Assembly: GCA_965221775.1 (NCBI GenBank)
Contig: CBDCSU010000005.1
Coordinates: 1,056,001-1,120,000, forward strand
DNA: 64,000 nucleotides
Reading direction: 5' to 3'
Source: Candidatus Latescibacterota bacterium
GTDB taxonomy: Bacteria > Latescibacterota > UBA2968 > UBA8231
Of the stretch, positions 46,201 to 54,840 are shown one piece after another. The notes beneath the pieces are model-generated. The model was not told the DNA's origin and searched no databases. It saw only the letters and a list, made by a program, of their open reading frames with translations. The position numbers were made by a program, and so were the translations under genes. The stretch's first letter is position 1, and the number at the start of each line of letters is the position of its first letter.

Positions 46201-46202
46201 GC

Positions 46203-46433
46203 ATGAAATCGGTACACATCCGAGGTATCGAAGCAGCCACCCTGGCGGCCCTCAAGCGCCTGGCAAGGTGCCGCCGGCGGTCGCTTCAAGAAGAGCTCCG
46301 CGCCATCCTCGAGCGCGCGGCGCGTACGGCCCCTCCCGAGGAGCAAGCCGACCTGAGCTGGCATACCGTGGAGACCGGGCGCCGCTCGCCCACCTGGTCG
46401 CGCAGCGAGACATACGACGATCGAGGCCGGTGA
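46203..46433 (+). CDS. FitA-like RHH antitoxin followed only by a PIN-like stub
   Basis: MKSVHIRGI...LKRLA...RSLQEELRAILE; stub AVFADTAP* at 46435-46461. Confidence 0.8.
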   Translation: MKSVHIRGIEAATLAALKRLARCRRRSLQEELRAILERAARTAPPEEQADLSWHTVETGRRSPTWSRSETYDDRGR

Positions 46434-46457
46434 GGCCGTCTTCGCCGATACAGCGCC

Positions 46458-48164
46458 GTGACACACCCAACCCTCTCCGACACCAACCTGCCCGCCCCTA
46501 TGCGCGACGGCACCGTCCTGCGCGCCGACGTGTACCGTCCCGACGCGCCGGGCGCCTTCCCGGTCCTGCTGTGCCGCACGCCCTACGACAAGAGCGCCCC
46601 GAGGCAGGTCGAGACCGGCCGGCGCCTGGCCGAGCGCGGCTACGTGGTCGTCCTCCAGGACGTGCGCGGGAGGCATGCCTCGGACGGCGACTTCCTCCCG
46701 GGGTTCTACAGCGCCGACCACCGCGACGCCGAGGACGGGTACGACGCGGTCGAGTGGGCGGCGGGCCTGCCGGGGTCCGACGGCCGGGTCGGCACCTTCG
46801 GCGCCTCCTACGACGGCTGGGTGCAGTGGGAGCTGGCCACCACCCGGCCCCCGCACCTGGTATGCATGCTCGCCGGCGGGATCGCGGCGAACCTGCTCGA
46901 CCGCGAGCTGGGCGGCGTGTTGCGTCTCGGCCGGGTCCTGGACTGGACGGTGAACAACCTCTCCGTCGACGCGGCCCGGCGCCGGGGGGACCGCTGGAAG
47001 GCAGCGACGACCGACGAGGCGTCGCGCCTGTGGGTCGAGCGCGACCGCGGCAAGTGGCTGTGGTACCTGCCTCTCTACGACATCCCCGAGGCGGCCATGC
47101 CGGGCATGCGCGGCCACTGGCGGCGCTGGCTCGACGACCACACGGCCGACCACTTCCGCTTCCAGGAACGCCACGCCGAGGTCGACGTGCCCGTCCTGAG
47201 CACGGTCGGCTGGTACGACCAGCAGATCGGCACGATCCAGCAGTTCACGGGGATGAGGGCCAACGGCCGGACCGAACGCGCCCGCGCCGGCCAGCGGCTG
47301 ATCATCGGCCCCTGGACCCACACCCTGGTGGACCTGGACCGCCGCGTGGGCGACGTCGACTTCGGGCCGCAGGCGGAGCGCAGCTACTTCGACATCGCCG
47401 ACGAGTGGTTCGGCCACTGGCTGAAGGGGGACGCGCCGGGCGAGCCGGAGCGGCCGCCGGTGGAGCTGTTCGTCATGGGCGCCAACCGCTGGCGCTCGGA
47501 GGACGACTGGCCCCTGGCGCGGGCGCGGGCGACCGAGTACTTCCTGCGCAGCGACGGACACGCCGACATGAGGGCCGGCGCCGGCCGCCTGTCCCGCGAG
47601 GCGCCGTGCGAGGAGCCGGCCGACGAGTACGTCTACGATCCGCGGGATCCGCTCATGACCCTGTACACGCCGGCGGGACAGCACGCCCCCCTCGACCAGC
47701 GGGCCCTCGACGGACGGCCGGACGTGATGGTCTACCAGACCCCGCCCCTGGAGCGGGAGGTGGAGGTCACGGGCCCGGTGGAGGTCGTGCTGTGGGCGGC
47801 CTCCTCGGCGCCGGACACCGACTTCGTGGCCAAGCTGATCGACGTCTGGCCCGACGGCTTCGCCCAGGAGCTGTGCCACGGCATCGTGCGCTGCCGCTAC
47901 CGCGACTCCCTGGACAAACCGTCCCCGCTGGAGCCGGAGCGGCCGTACGAGCTTCGCATCCGGGTGAACCCCACCAGCAACCTCTTCCGCCCCGGCCACC
48001 GCATCCGCCTCGACATCAGCAGCAGCGACTTCCCGAACTTCGACCGCAACCACAACACCGGGGGCGACGACTACCGGGAGGCGGAGCTGCGGACGGCGCG
48101 CCAGCGGATCTTCCACGACGCCGCCCGGCCCTCCCGACTGGTGCTGCCGGTGATTCCGGGGTGA
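46458..48164 (+). CDS. CocE/NonD family hydrolase
   Basis: MRDGTVLRADVY, RTPY, QDVRGR, GASYDG, GWYD, IGPWTH, SSSDFP. Confidence 0.94.
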   Translation: MTHPTLSDTNLPAPMRDGTVLRADVYRPDAPGAFPVLLCRTPYDKSAPRQVETGRRLAERGYVVVLQDVRGRHASDGDFLPGFYSADHRDAEDGYDAVEWAAGLPGSDGRVGTFGASYDGWVQWELATTRPPHLVCMLAGGIAANLLDRELGGVLRLGRVLDWTVNNLSVDAARRRGDRWKAATTDEASRLWVERDRGKWLWYLPLYDIPEAAMPGMRGHWRRWLDDHTADHFRFQERHAEVDVPVLSTVGWYDQQIGTIQQFTGMRANGRTERARAGQRLIIGPWTHTLVDLDRRVGDVDFGPQAERSYFDIADEWFGHWLKGDAPGEPERPPVELFVMGANRWRSEDDWPLARARATEYFLRSDGHADMRAGAGRLSREAPCEEPADEYVYDPRDPLMTLYTPAGQHAPLDQRALDGRPDVMVYQTPPLEREVEVTGPVEVVLWAASSAPDTDFVAKLIDVWPDGFAQELCHGIVRCRYRDSLDKPSPLEPERPYELRIRVNPTSNLFRPGHRIRLDISSSDFPNFDRNHNTGGDDYREAELRTARQRIFHDAARPSRLVLPVIPG

Positions 48165-48357
48165 GACGCTCCGCGCCCAAGGCGGGCCGGCCAAGCTCAG
48201 CCGAGCCCCGACCAGCTACTTGAGATGGAGCACCCGCCGCGTCTGCACTCCGCCGGGATCGGTGAGCGCCCCGGGCGCGAAGGGGCCGCCGTGGGTCAGC
48301 GGATACCGCCCGCGGGAACGGCGGCGGGCTCCTCGATGCGAGCCTCGATCGCTGCCT

Positions 48358-49353
48358 TCACCGGTCCGCGCCCTCGCGCCGCGCCCGGGCCTCCTCGGCC
48401 TCGACTTCCCGCCGCACCTGCTCGAGCAGGCCCGTCACCCGGGCGTGGTTGATGGCCATCGCCTCGGCCCGGGTGCCGCCGCCGGGCGGCTCGAAGTGGG
48501 TGGCAACGGCCAGCACGGCGTCGCTGCCGTCCTCGACGAGGCGGCGGAAGACCGTCGAGTAACCCACCTCCCCCTCCCCGATCGGCCGCCAGGCGAACTC
48601 GCCGCCGGCCCCGTCGTGGACCTGCACGTCCTTCAGGTGCAGGGCCGCCAGCAGGGGCCGCAGGCGGTCGTACCCCTTCGTGGGCACCTCGCGCTCGCCC
48701 GACAGCACGTTGTCGGCGGGACCCCAGAAGGCCTGCAGACGCGGCGAGCCCAGCCGCTCGGCGAGCTGCTGGAAATGTGCCGTCGTGTTCGTGTAGTGGA
48801 ACGGCCGCTGGTTGACGATCAGGTCGACGCCGTGCTTCTCGGCCCGCTCGAGGAGCGCTCCGAAGATCTCGACCAGGCCCCGGAACTCGGCCTCCGAGAC
48901 GATGCCGCCGCCGGTGGCCCAGCGCATCGGCCAGCCGGGGGAGCGCGACCAGGTATCCGGCCAGTCCGTCCACTCGCCGGGCCACAGGAAGCCGTGGGTC
49001 GTCACGGCGCCGACGCCGAGGCGGGCGGCGATCTCCATCGTCCGCACGACGGCGTCGAAGTCGCGGCGGAAGACCTCGTGCTCCCGCAGTCGGCCCGGGG
49101 ACAGGTCCGTCAGCCGCAGGTCGTGGAAGGCGTGGCCGGCGCCGAGGGTGAACAGCTTGCGGCTCCGGGCGTCGACGCGCCGGGCCATGTCGTCCGCCTG
49201 GGCGTCGGTCAACTCCGGGACCGGCGTCTCGCCGGGGAGCCGCGAGAACCACACGTACTCGCTGCCCAAGTCGACGGCCACCTGCAGCCCCTCGTCCAGG
49301 GGCAGGGCCAGCTCGTCGAGCCAGATGGCGACGCGCAGTCGATCCTTCGCCAT
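48358..49353 (-). CDS. Sugar phosphate isomerase/epimerase TIM-barrel protein
   Basis: LHLKD, PIGEG.V.Y; AP-endonuclease-2/xylose-isomerase-like pattern. Confidence 0.8.
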   Translation of the reverse strand: MAKDRLRVAIWLDELALPLDEGLQVAVDLGSEYVWFSRLPGETPVPELTDAQADDMARRVDARSRKLFTLGAGHAFHDLRLTDLSPGRLREHEVFRRDFDAVVRTMEIAARLGVGAVTTHGFLWPGEWTDWPDTWSRSPGWPMRWATGGGIVSEAEFRGLVEIFGALLERAEKHGVDLIVNQRPFHYTNTTAHFQQLAERLGSPRLQAFWGPADNVLSGEREVPTKGYDRLRPLLAALHLKDVQVHDGAGGEFAWRPIGEGEVGYSTVFRRLVEDGSDAVLAVATHFEPPGGGTRAEAMAINHARVTGLLEQVRREVEAEEARARREGADR

Positions 49354-49354
49354 G

Positions 49355-49669
49355 TCAGTCGTTTCCGACGGCGGCCAGGGGCTGGATTCCCGCCAGGTCG
49401 GCTTCCTCCGCGCGTTGGGCGTGATACAGGTCCCACCGGGCCTGCAGGTTCAGCCAGAAGCCAGCCGTCATGCCGAAGAACCTCCCCAGGCGCAGGGCCG
49501 TGCCTGGGGTGATGCCGCGCCGGCGGTTGACCAGCTCATTGATCCGCTGGTAGGGCACGTGGATCGCGTCGGCCAGTTGCCGCTGGGTGACGTCCATCGG
49601 CAGGAGGAACTCCTCGAGCAGCATCTCGCCGGGATGGGTCGGCTCACGGTGGGTGGGGATGCGTGCCAT
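49355..49669 (-). CDS. higA: HigA-family antitoxin; no higB present
   Basis: PTHPGEMLLEEFL, TQRQLA, RINEL, ITPGTALRL, FWLNLQ. Confidence 0.92.
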   Translation of the reverse strand: MARIPTHREPTHPGEMLLEEFLLPMDVTQRQLADAIHVPYQRINELVNRRRGITPGTALRLGRFFGMTAGFWLNLQARWDLYHAQRAEEADLAGIQPLAAVGND

Positions 49670-49883
49670 CTCTCCGCTCGAAGTCCTCGTCATCGCCCAC
49701 GTCGGGCATCGCTCTGAGGTACTGCTCGAAGGACATCTCCGGCGACTTGGGTTCCGTGCCGAGGAGGGCCTCGCGCAGAATCGCCCGGTGCTCTTCCTCG
49801 ACGGAGCGGCCCTTCCGGCCGGCGCGCTCCTCGAGCCGGGCGACGACCTCCGGTTCCAGATTCCTGACGATGAGTCGTGCCAT
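49644..49883 (-). CDS. FitA-like RHH antitoxin; no PIN toxin present
   Basis: MARLIVRNLE...GRSVEEEHRAILREAL; upstream inverted repeat GACAAC-N4-GTTGTC at 49896-49911. Confidence 0.85.
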   Translation of the reverse strand: MARLIVRNLEPEVVARLEERAGRKGRSVEEEHRAILREALLGTEPKSPEMSFEQYLRAMPDVGDDEDFERRDGTHPHPP

Positions 49884-49992
49884 GCGGACGAGTATGACAA
49901 CCCTTGTTGTCGTCCGTCAATCCCGGCCGCCGCGAGAACCACTACCTTTCGCGGCTCCCGCTCCCCAGCCCCTGGACCAGGAGAGCACTCCC

Positions 49993-50787
49993 TTGACGAG
50001 CGAGTTGAGCTTCCGGGCCCGGGTGCCGGTCATCGACGCCAACGTCGGCGTCGGTCACTCGCATCTGCGGCCGGCCCCGGTCGACACCCCGGAGGAGCTG
50101 CGCGCCGAGCTGAACCGCCACGGCGTCGAGCGCGCGGTCATCCACCACCAGCACGGCGAGAGCCTCAGCGCCGTCACGGGGAACGACTTCCTCCACGAGT
50201 GGCTCGACGGCCACGAGGACGCCTTCATCCCCCAGTGGATGGCCAGCCCGGAGCCGGACAGCCTCAAGCAGCTGCAGCAGCTGCGCGCCGAGGGCCGGGT
50301 CAGCAGCGTGCGCATCCACGACTCGGGGGCCGCCAGTGTGCCTTTCGTCGACTGGGTCTACGGCGATCTGCTGGAGTGGCTGCAGGCCGAGGGCATCCCC
50401 GTGTGGATCTCCCTGCACGATACCTGGGACCCCTCGTGGATGGTGCGCAAGAACACGCCGGTGACGGAGGTGATGGAGATCCTGCGCGCTTTCCCCGGCC
50501 TGGTGACCGTCCTCCTCGGGCTCCACTTCGTGCACTCCTACTACGTGCGGCCCTTCCTCAAGCTCACCAGCGCCCGCCTGGAGCTGAGCCGCTACGAGGT
50601 CCTGCGCGAGCTCGAGGTGCTGGTCGCCGAGTTCGGGGCGGAGCGCTTCCTCTACGGTTCCTTCTACCCGCGTCTGGCCATGGGTCCCATGCTCTACTAC
50701 ATCCACAACGTCGGCTTCGACGAGGCGACCCTGGGGGCCGTGTGCAGCGGCAACCTGGAACGCCTGCTGGAAGGAGGCGCACGATGA
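49993..50787 (+). CDS. Amidohydrolase_2-fold protein lacking the canonical metal histidines
   Basis: IDANVGVG replaces DxHxH; FGAERFLYGS. Confidence 0.8.
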   Translation: MTSELSFRARVPVIDANVGVGHSHLRPAPVDTPEELRAELNRHGVERAVIHHQHGESLSAVTGNDFLHEWLDGHEDAFIPQWMASPEPDSLKQLQQLRAEGRVSSVRIHDSGAASVPFVDWVYGDLLEWLQAEGIPVWISLHDTWDPSWMVRKNTPVTEVMEILRAFPGLVTVLLGLHFVHSYYVRPFLKLTSARLELSRYEVLRELEVLVAEFGAERFLYGSFYPRLAMGPMLYYIHNVGFDEATLGAVCSGNLERLLEGGAR

Positions 50788-51527
50788 TCGCCGGCTCGGA
50801 GGTGATCGACTTCCACGGCCATCCCGGGCGCTGGGGCGTCTCCCACCTCGACCCGGTGCCGCTCTTTTCCGCCATGGACGCCGTCGGCATCGACCGCTCC
50901 GTCCTGTTCGACATCTGGCATCCCGAGGGCCGGCGCGCCAACGACATCACCGCCGCCCTCGTGGCCGCCCATCCCGACCGTCTCCTCGGCTTCGCCTACG
51001 TCTCCCCCCTGATGCCGCAGACGATCGTCCCCGAGCTGGAGCGGGCCATCGACCGGCTCGGCCTCAAGGGCATCAAGCTCTACCCTCCCTTCGTCGAGCC
51101 GCCGCTCAGCGACCCCGCCTGGTGGCCGATCTACGAGTTCGCCGACGACCGCGAGCTGGTCGTGCTGTGGCACACCGGGATCGAGCCCGGGTCCTTTCCG
51201 AGGTACATGGGGGAAGTGGCGGGGCGCTTCCCCGGGGCCCGCTTCGTCTCCGGACACTCGGGCAACTGTCCGCCCATGCGCCGCCAGGCGATCGACGTCG
51301 CCCTGGACCACCCCAACGTCTACCTGGAGACCTGCTCCACCTTCCGCACGCCGGGCGTGATCGAGCAGCTCGTGGAGGAAGCCGGGGCGGAGCGCGTCCT
51401 CTTCGGCTCCGACATCCCGCTGATGGACCCGCGGGCGCAGCTGGGCAAGATCATCACCGCCGACATCAGCGACGACGACAAGCGCCTGATCCTCGGCGGC
51501 AACGCCCGGCGCCTGCTGAAGCTGTAG
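50784..51527 (+). CDS. Amidohydrolase_2 family protein
   Basis: IDFHGH, GIKLYP, WHTG, GHSG, RVLFGSD, GGNARRL. Confidence 0.92.
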   Translation: MIAGSEVIDFHGHPGRWGVSHLDPVPLFSAMDAVGIDRSVLFDIWHPEGRRANDITAALVAAHPDRLLGFAYVSPLMPQTIVPELERAIDRLGLKGIKLYPPFVEPPLSDPAWWPIYEFADDRELVVLWHTGIEPGSFPRYMGEVAGRFPGARFVSGHSGNCPPMRRQAIDVALDHPNVYLETCSTFRTPGVIEQLVEEAGAERVLFGSDIPLMDPRAQLGKIITADISDDDKRLILGGNARRLLKL

Positions 51528-51553
51528 AGTCGGGAGAAGGGCCGCGGCCCCGG

Positions 51554-52783
51554 CTACCAGGCGAGGTGCCAGGGAACGGCGCGGATGCCCGGCCGCAGGG
51601 CCTGGGGCTCCTCGACGCGGCAGGCCAGCACCCCCCGGGCCTCGGGGCCGGCGAGGGCCAGCCAGCGCGCCAGGCCCTCGGCGTGCCCCGGGGTCGGGGT
51701 GGCCGTGGCCTTCACCTCGACGCCGTAGAGGCGGCCGCCGCGCTCGATGACGAGATCGACCTCGGCGATGGTGCTCGACTGCCAGTAGTAGAGGCCGGGT
51801 CTCTCGCCCTGCTGCCGGAAGGCCTTCAGCCACTCCCCCACCACCGCCGTTTCCACCAGGGGCCCGAGAGCGGGACCGTGGAGGACGGGTTCCTCCGAGT
51901 GAAGACCCATGAAGAAGGTGGCCAGCCCGGGGTCGATCAGGAACAGACGGGGGCTCTTTCGCAGGCGCTTGCCCAGGCTGCGGTAGTACGGCGGCAGCAG
52001 ATGGACGATCTGGCTGGTCTCGAGCACCGAGAGCCAGCGGCGGATGGTGGGGCCGCTGACGCCGACTTCGCGGCCGAGGTCGGCCATGTTGAGGGTGGTG
52101 CCCGTGCGGGCCCCGGCGAGCATGAGGAAGCGCGTGAAGGCCCCCAGGTCGGCGATCTGCGCCAAGTCGCGCACGTCGCGCTCGAGGTAGGTCTGGACAT
52201 AGCCGCCGAGCCAGAGCTGGCGGTCCACCCGCGGGTTGACGCGGGGCTCGGGAAAGCCTCCGCGCAGGAGCCAGTCCACCAGGTCGACCGGCTTCCGGGG
52301 CCGGTCACCGGCCAGCGGATCACCGAACACCTCTTCCAGCAGCGCATCGATTCCGCCGGGCGGGGGCCGCCCCTCGACTTCCGCCGTGGAGAGCGGGTCC
52401 AGCGTCAGGACGGCGACGCGACCCGACAGGGTCTGGCTCAGCCCCTGCATGAGGGCCAGGCTCTGCGATCCGGTCAGGAGCCAGCGGCCGGGCCGGCGGT
52501 CGGCGTCGATCTCCTCCTTGACGTAGTGGAGCAGCTCCGGGGCATACTGGATCTCGTCGAGGATCACCGGCGGGGAGGCCTCGGCGAGGAAGGCGACCGG
52601 ATCGGCCCGGGCCCGCTCCCGGACATCGGGCCGCTCGAGGGAGAGATAGCGGTGGGACCCGCCGAACTCGCGGCGCAGCAGGGTGGTCTTCCCCGTCTGG
52701 CGGGCACCGGTGATCAGCACGGCGGGAAAGGTGGCCGCCGCGCGGTGGATGGTCGGAGTCAGGTGGCGGGCGAGGTAGGGCAT
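51554..52783 (-). CDS. AAA_14 ATPase with DUF4143 domain
   Basis: GARQTGKT, LDEIQ, LTGS, GGFP, TYLERD, DPGL, EVDLV, EVK. Confidence 0.93.
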   Translation of the reverse strand: MPYLARHLTPTIHRAAATFPAVLITGARQTGKTTLLRREFGGSHRYLSLERPDVRERARADPVAFLAEASPPVILDEIQYAPELLHYVKEEIDADRRPGRWLLTGSQSLALMQGLSQTLSGRVAVLTLDPLSTAEVEGRPPPGGIDALLEEVFGDPLAGDRPRKPVDLVDWLLRGGFPEPRVNPRVDRQLWLGGYVQTYLERDVRDLAQIADLGAFTRFLMLAGARTGTTLNMADLGREVGVSGPTIRRWLSVLETSQIVHLLPPYYRSLGKRLRKSPRLFLIDPGLATFFMGLHSEEPVLHGPALGPLVETAVVGEWLKAFRQQGERPGLYYWQSSTIAEVDLVIERGGRLYGVEVKATATPTPGHAEGLARWLALAGPEARGVLACRVEEPQALRPGIRAVPWHLAW

Positions 52784-52805
52784 CTTGGTGCGAGTCCCGG
52801 ATTCG

Positions 52806-52836
52806 TGCAAATCTAACGCGGGAGATTAGATTTGCA
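52806..52836. promoter_or_regulatory. Perfect 11-bp AT-rich inverted repeat
   Basis: TGCAAATCTAA-N9-TTAGATTTGCA, 22 nt upstream of the ATPase ATG. Confidence 0.7.
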
Positions 52837-52917
52837 AGCCTGCTCGAGTCCCCATTCCTTGATGGGAGATCGTCCCGCCTTTGACAGACGAGAGACAAAT
52901 GGACTGAGGAGCCGCCC

Positions 52918-53257
52918 ATGCGCACCGTAGACATGTCTGGTCGAAGGCGCCGCCCGGGGCGAGCCTTTCGTCATCGCCCGGGCCGGCAAGCCGCTGGTCA
53001 AGGTCCTGGCGGTAGACGCTCCGGAGGCCGGACCCGCCGGCCGTACCGGGTTTCTGGCGGGCCGGATCTCGCTGCCGGACAACTTCGACCGCATGGGCTC
53101 GACCGAGATCGAGACCTTGTTCGAGGGGGGGGCGAGTGACCCCTTCGACCGGCTCCTGGTGGCCCAGGCGCAGATCGAGGCGATGACCCTGGTGACGATG
53201 GACGAAGTGGTGGGGCGCTACCCGGGGCCCATCCAGCTGATCGGTTGGACCGGGTGA
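52918..53257 (+). pseudogene. Decayed Phd/YefM-VapC module: frameshifted antitoxin fused to the PIN C-terminus
   Basis: MRTVDM, frame change, then LVEGAARGEPFVIARAGKPLVKV...ETLFEGG running in frame into DPFDRLLVAQAQIE...D. Confidence 0.88.
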
Positions 53258-54507
53258 GCTCCCCGGGCAGAGACGCCCTCGAAGGCAGCCGGGTGCAGTG
53301 GCGGAACCTGGCACTGCTGGCGCTGGCCGAGGTGCTGGGCATGTCGCTGTGGTTCAGCGCCTCCGCCGTCTCCCCCGCCCTGCAGGAGGCCTGGGGCCTG
53401 TCGGTGGCCGGCTCCGCCTGGCTCACCATGGCCGTGCAGATCGGCTTCGTCGCCGGCACCGCCCTGAGCGGCGTCCTCAACCTGCCCGACATCGTCAGCA
53501 GCCGCCGCCTCTTCGTCATCAGCGCCTGGCTGGGCGCCGCGGCCAACGCCGGCTTCGCTCTCTTCGCCACCGGACTCGAGTCCGGCCTCGTCCTGCGCTT
53601 CCTCACCGGCTTCTTCATCGCCGGGGTCTACCCCCCCGGCATGAAGCTGGCCGCCACCTGGACCCGGCGGCACCTCGGTCTCGCCATCGGCCTGGTGGTG
53701 GGGGCCCTGACCGTCGGCTCGGCGGCCCCCCATCTCGTGCGCTCCCTGTCCCACCAGGCCGTCGGCGGCGCGGCCTCCGACTGGACCCGCGTCGTCCTGG
53801 TCTCGTCGGCCCTCGCCGCCGCGGGGGGGCTGATCGTGGCCCTGTTCTTCCGGGAGGGGCCCTTTGCCGCCGGCGGCGCCCGCTTCAACCCGCGCTTCGC
53901 CCTCTCCATCTTCACCCGGCGGGACCTGCGGCTGGCCAACTTCGGCTACCTCGGCCACCAGTGGGAGCTGTACGCCATGTGGACGTGGGTGCCCCTCTTC
54001 CTGGCGGAGAGGGTGGCCGGAAGCGGCGGCTCAACCTCTCTCGCGGCCCTGCTCGCTTTTGCCGTCATCGCCAGCGGCGGGATCGGCTGCCTCGCCGGCG
54101 GCGCCGGCGCCGACCGCGTGGGCCGCACGGCGACGACGAGCGCCGCCATGATCGTCAGCGGCTGCATGGCGGTGCTGGCCGCGGTCTTCCACGCCGCCCC
54201 CCTGCCGCTGCTCACCGTCATCCTGCTGATCTGGGGAATCTCGGTGGTCGCCGACTCGGCCCAGTTCTCCGCGTCGATCACCGAGTTGAGCCCCCCGGAG
54301 TACACCGGCACGGCCCTGACCATCCAGACCTCGGTCGGCTTCCTGCTGACCCTGGGCTCGATCCAGCTGGTGCCGCTCGTCGTGGAGATGGGCGGCTGGC
54401 CCGCGGCCTTCCTCATGCTCGCCGCCGGTCCCGTCTTCGGCACCGCGGCGATGCTCCGGTTGCGCCGGCTGCCCGAGGCGGAGCAGTTGGCCGGGGGCCG
54501 GCGGTAG
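53245..54507 (+). CDS. MFS transporter
   Basis: About 12 transmembrane segments; AVQIGFVAG, VYPPGMKL, GHQWELYAMW, ADSAQFSA. Confidence 0.92.
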   Translation: MDRVSSPGRDALEGSRVQWRNLALLALAEVLGMSLWFSASAVSPALQEAWGLSVAGSAWLTMAVQIGFVAGTALSGVLNLPDIVSSRRLFVISAWLGAAANAGFALFATGLESGLVLRFLTGFFIAGVYPPGMKLAATWTRRHLGLAIGLVVGALTVGSAAPHLVRSLSHQAVGGAASDWTRVVLVSSALAAAGGLIVALFFREGPFAAGGARFNPRFALSIFTRRDLRLANFGYLGHQWELYAMWTWVPLFLAERVAGSGGSTSLAALLAFAVIASGGIGCLAGGAGADRVGRTATTSAAMIVSGCMAVLAAVFHAAPLPLLTVILLIWGISVVADSAQFSASITELSPPEYTGTALTIQTSVGFLLTLGSIQLVPLVVEMGGWPAAFLMLAAGPVFGTAAMLRLRRLPEAEQLAGGRR

Positions 54508-54559
54508 CGGTCCGTCAAGGACTCGGCCGACTGTTCTACCTTAAAGCGGAGGGCATCCC

Positions 54560-54832
54560 ATGAGCTTGAACATCAAGAACAAGGAGGTCGAGCGGCTGAT
54601 CGAGGAAGTCTCCCTCCTCACGGGAGAGAGCAAGACCGAGGCAGTGCGCCGCTCCCTGGAGGAGCGCCTCTCCCGCCTGGCCTGCCAGGGCGCCGCCGAT
54701 GACCGCGGCGGACGGTTGCGCCGATTCCTGGAGACGGAGGTCTGGCCCTATGTGCCGCCCTCGGAGCTGGGCAGGAAACTCGGCCGGGATGAAGAGGAAG
54801 AGATCCTGGGCTATGGCAAGGACGGCGCATGA
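54560..54832 (+). CDS. VapB-type (Rv0623-like) antitoxin; no vapC present
   Basis: MSLNIKN.EVERL...TGESKTEAVRRSLEERL...EEILGYG; its stop lies 8 nt from a convergent gene. Confidence 0.88.
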   Translation: MSLNIKNKEVERLIEEVSLLTGESKTEAVRRSLEERLSRLACQGAADDRGGRLRRFLETEVWPYVPPSELGRKLGRDEEEEILGYGKDGA

Positions 54833-54840
54833 ACCGGTCT

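Noticed and set aside
45978-46202. N-terminal part of the 151-aa ORF
   Set aside because: It is read-through of the displaced DMT end; the antitoxin more plausibly starts at 46203 after the operator.
48296-48361. Possible HicB remnant (VKAAIEARIEE)
   Set aside because: Too short to support.
54530-54560. Possible displaced copy of the ankyrin gene end
   Set aside because: Only CTACC and GCGGA match.
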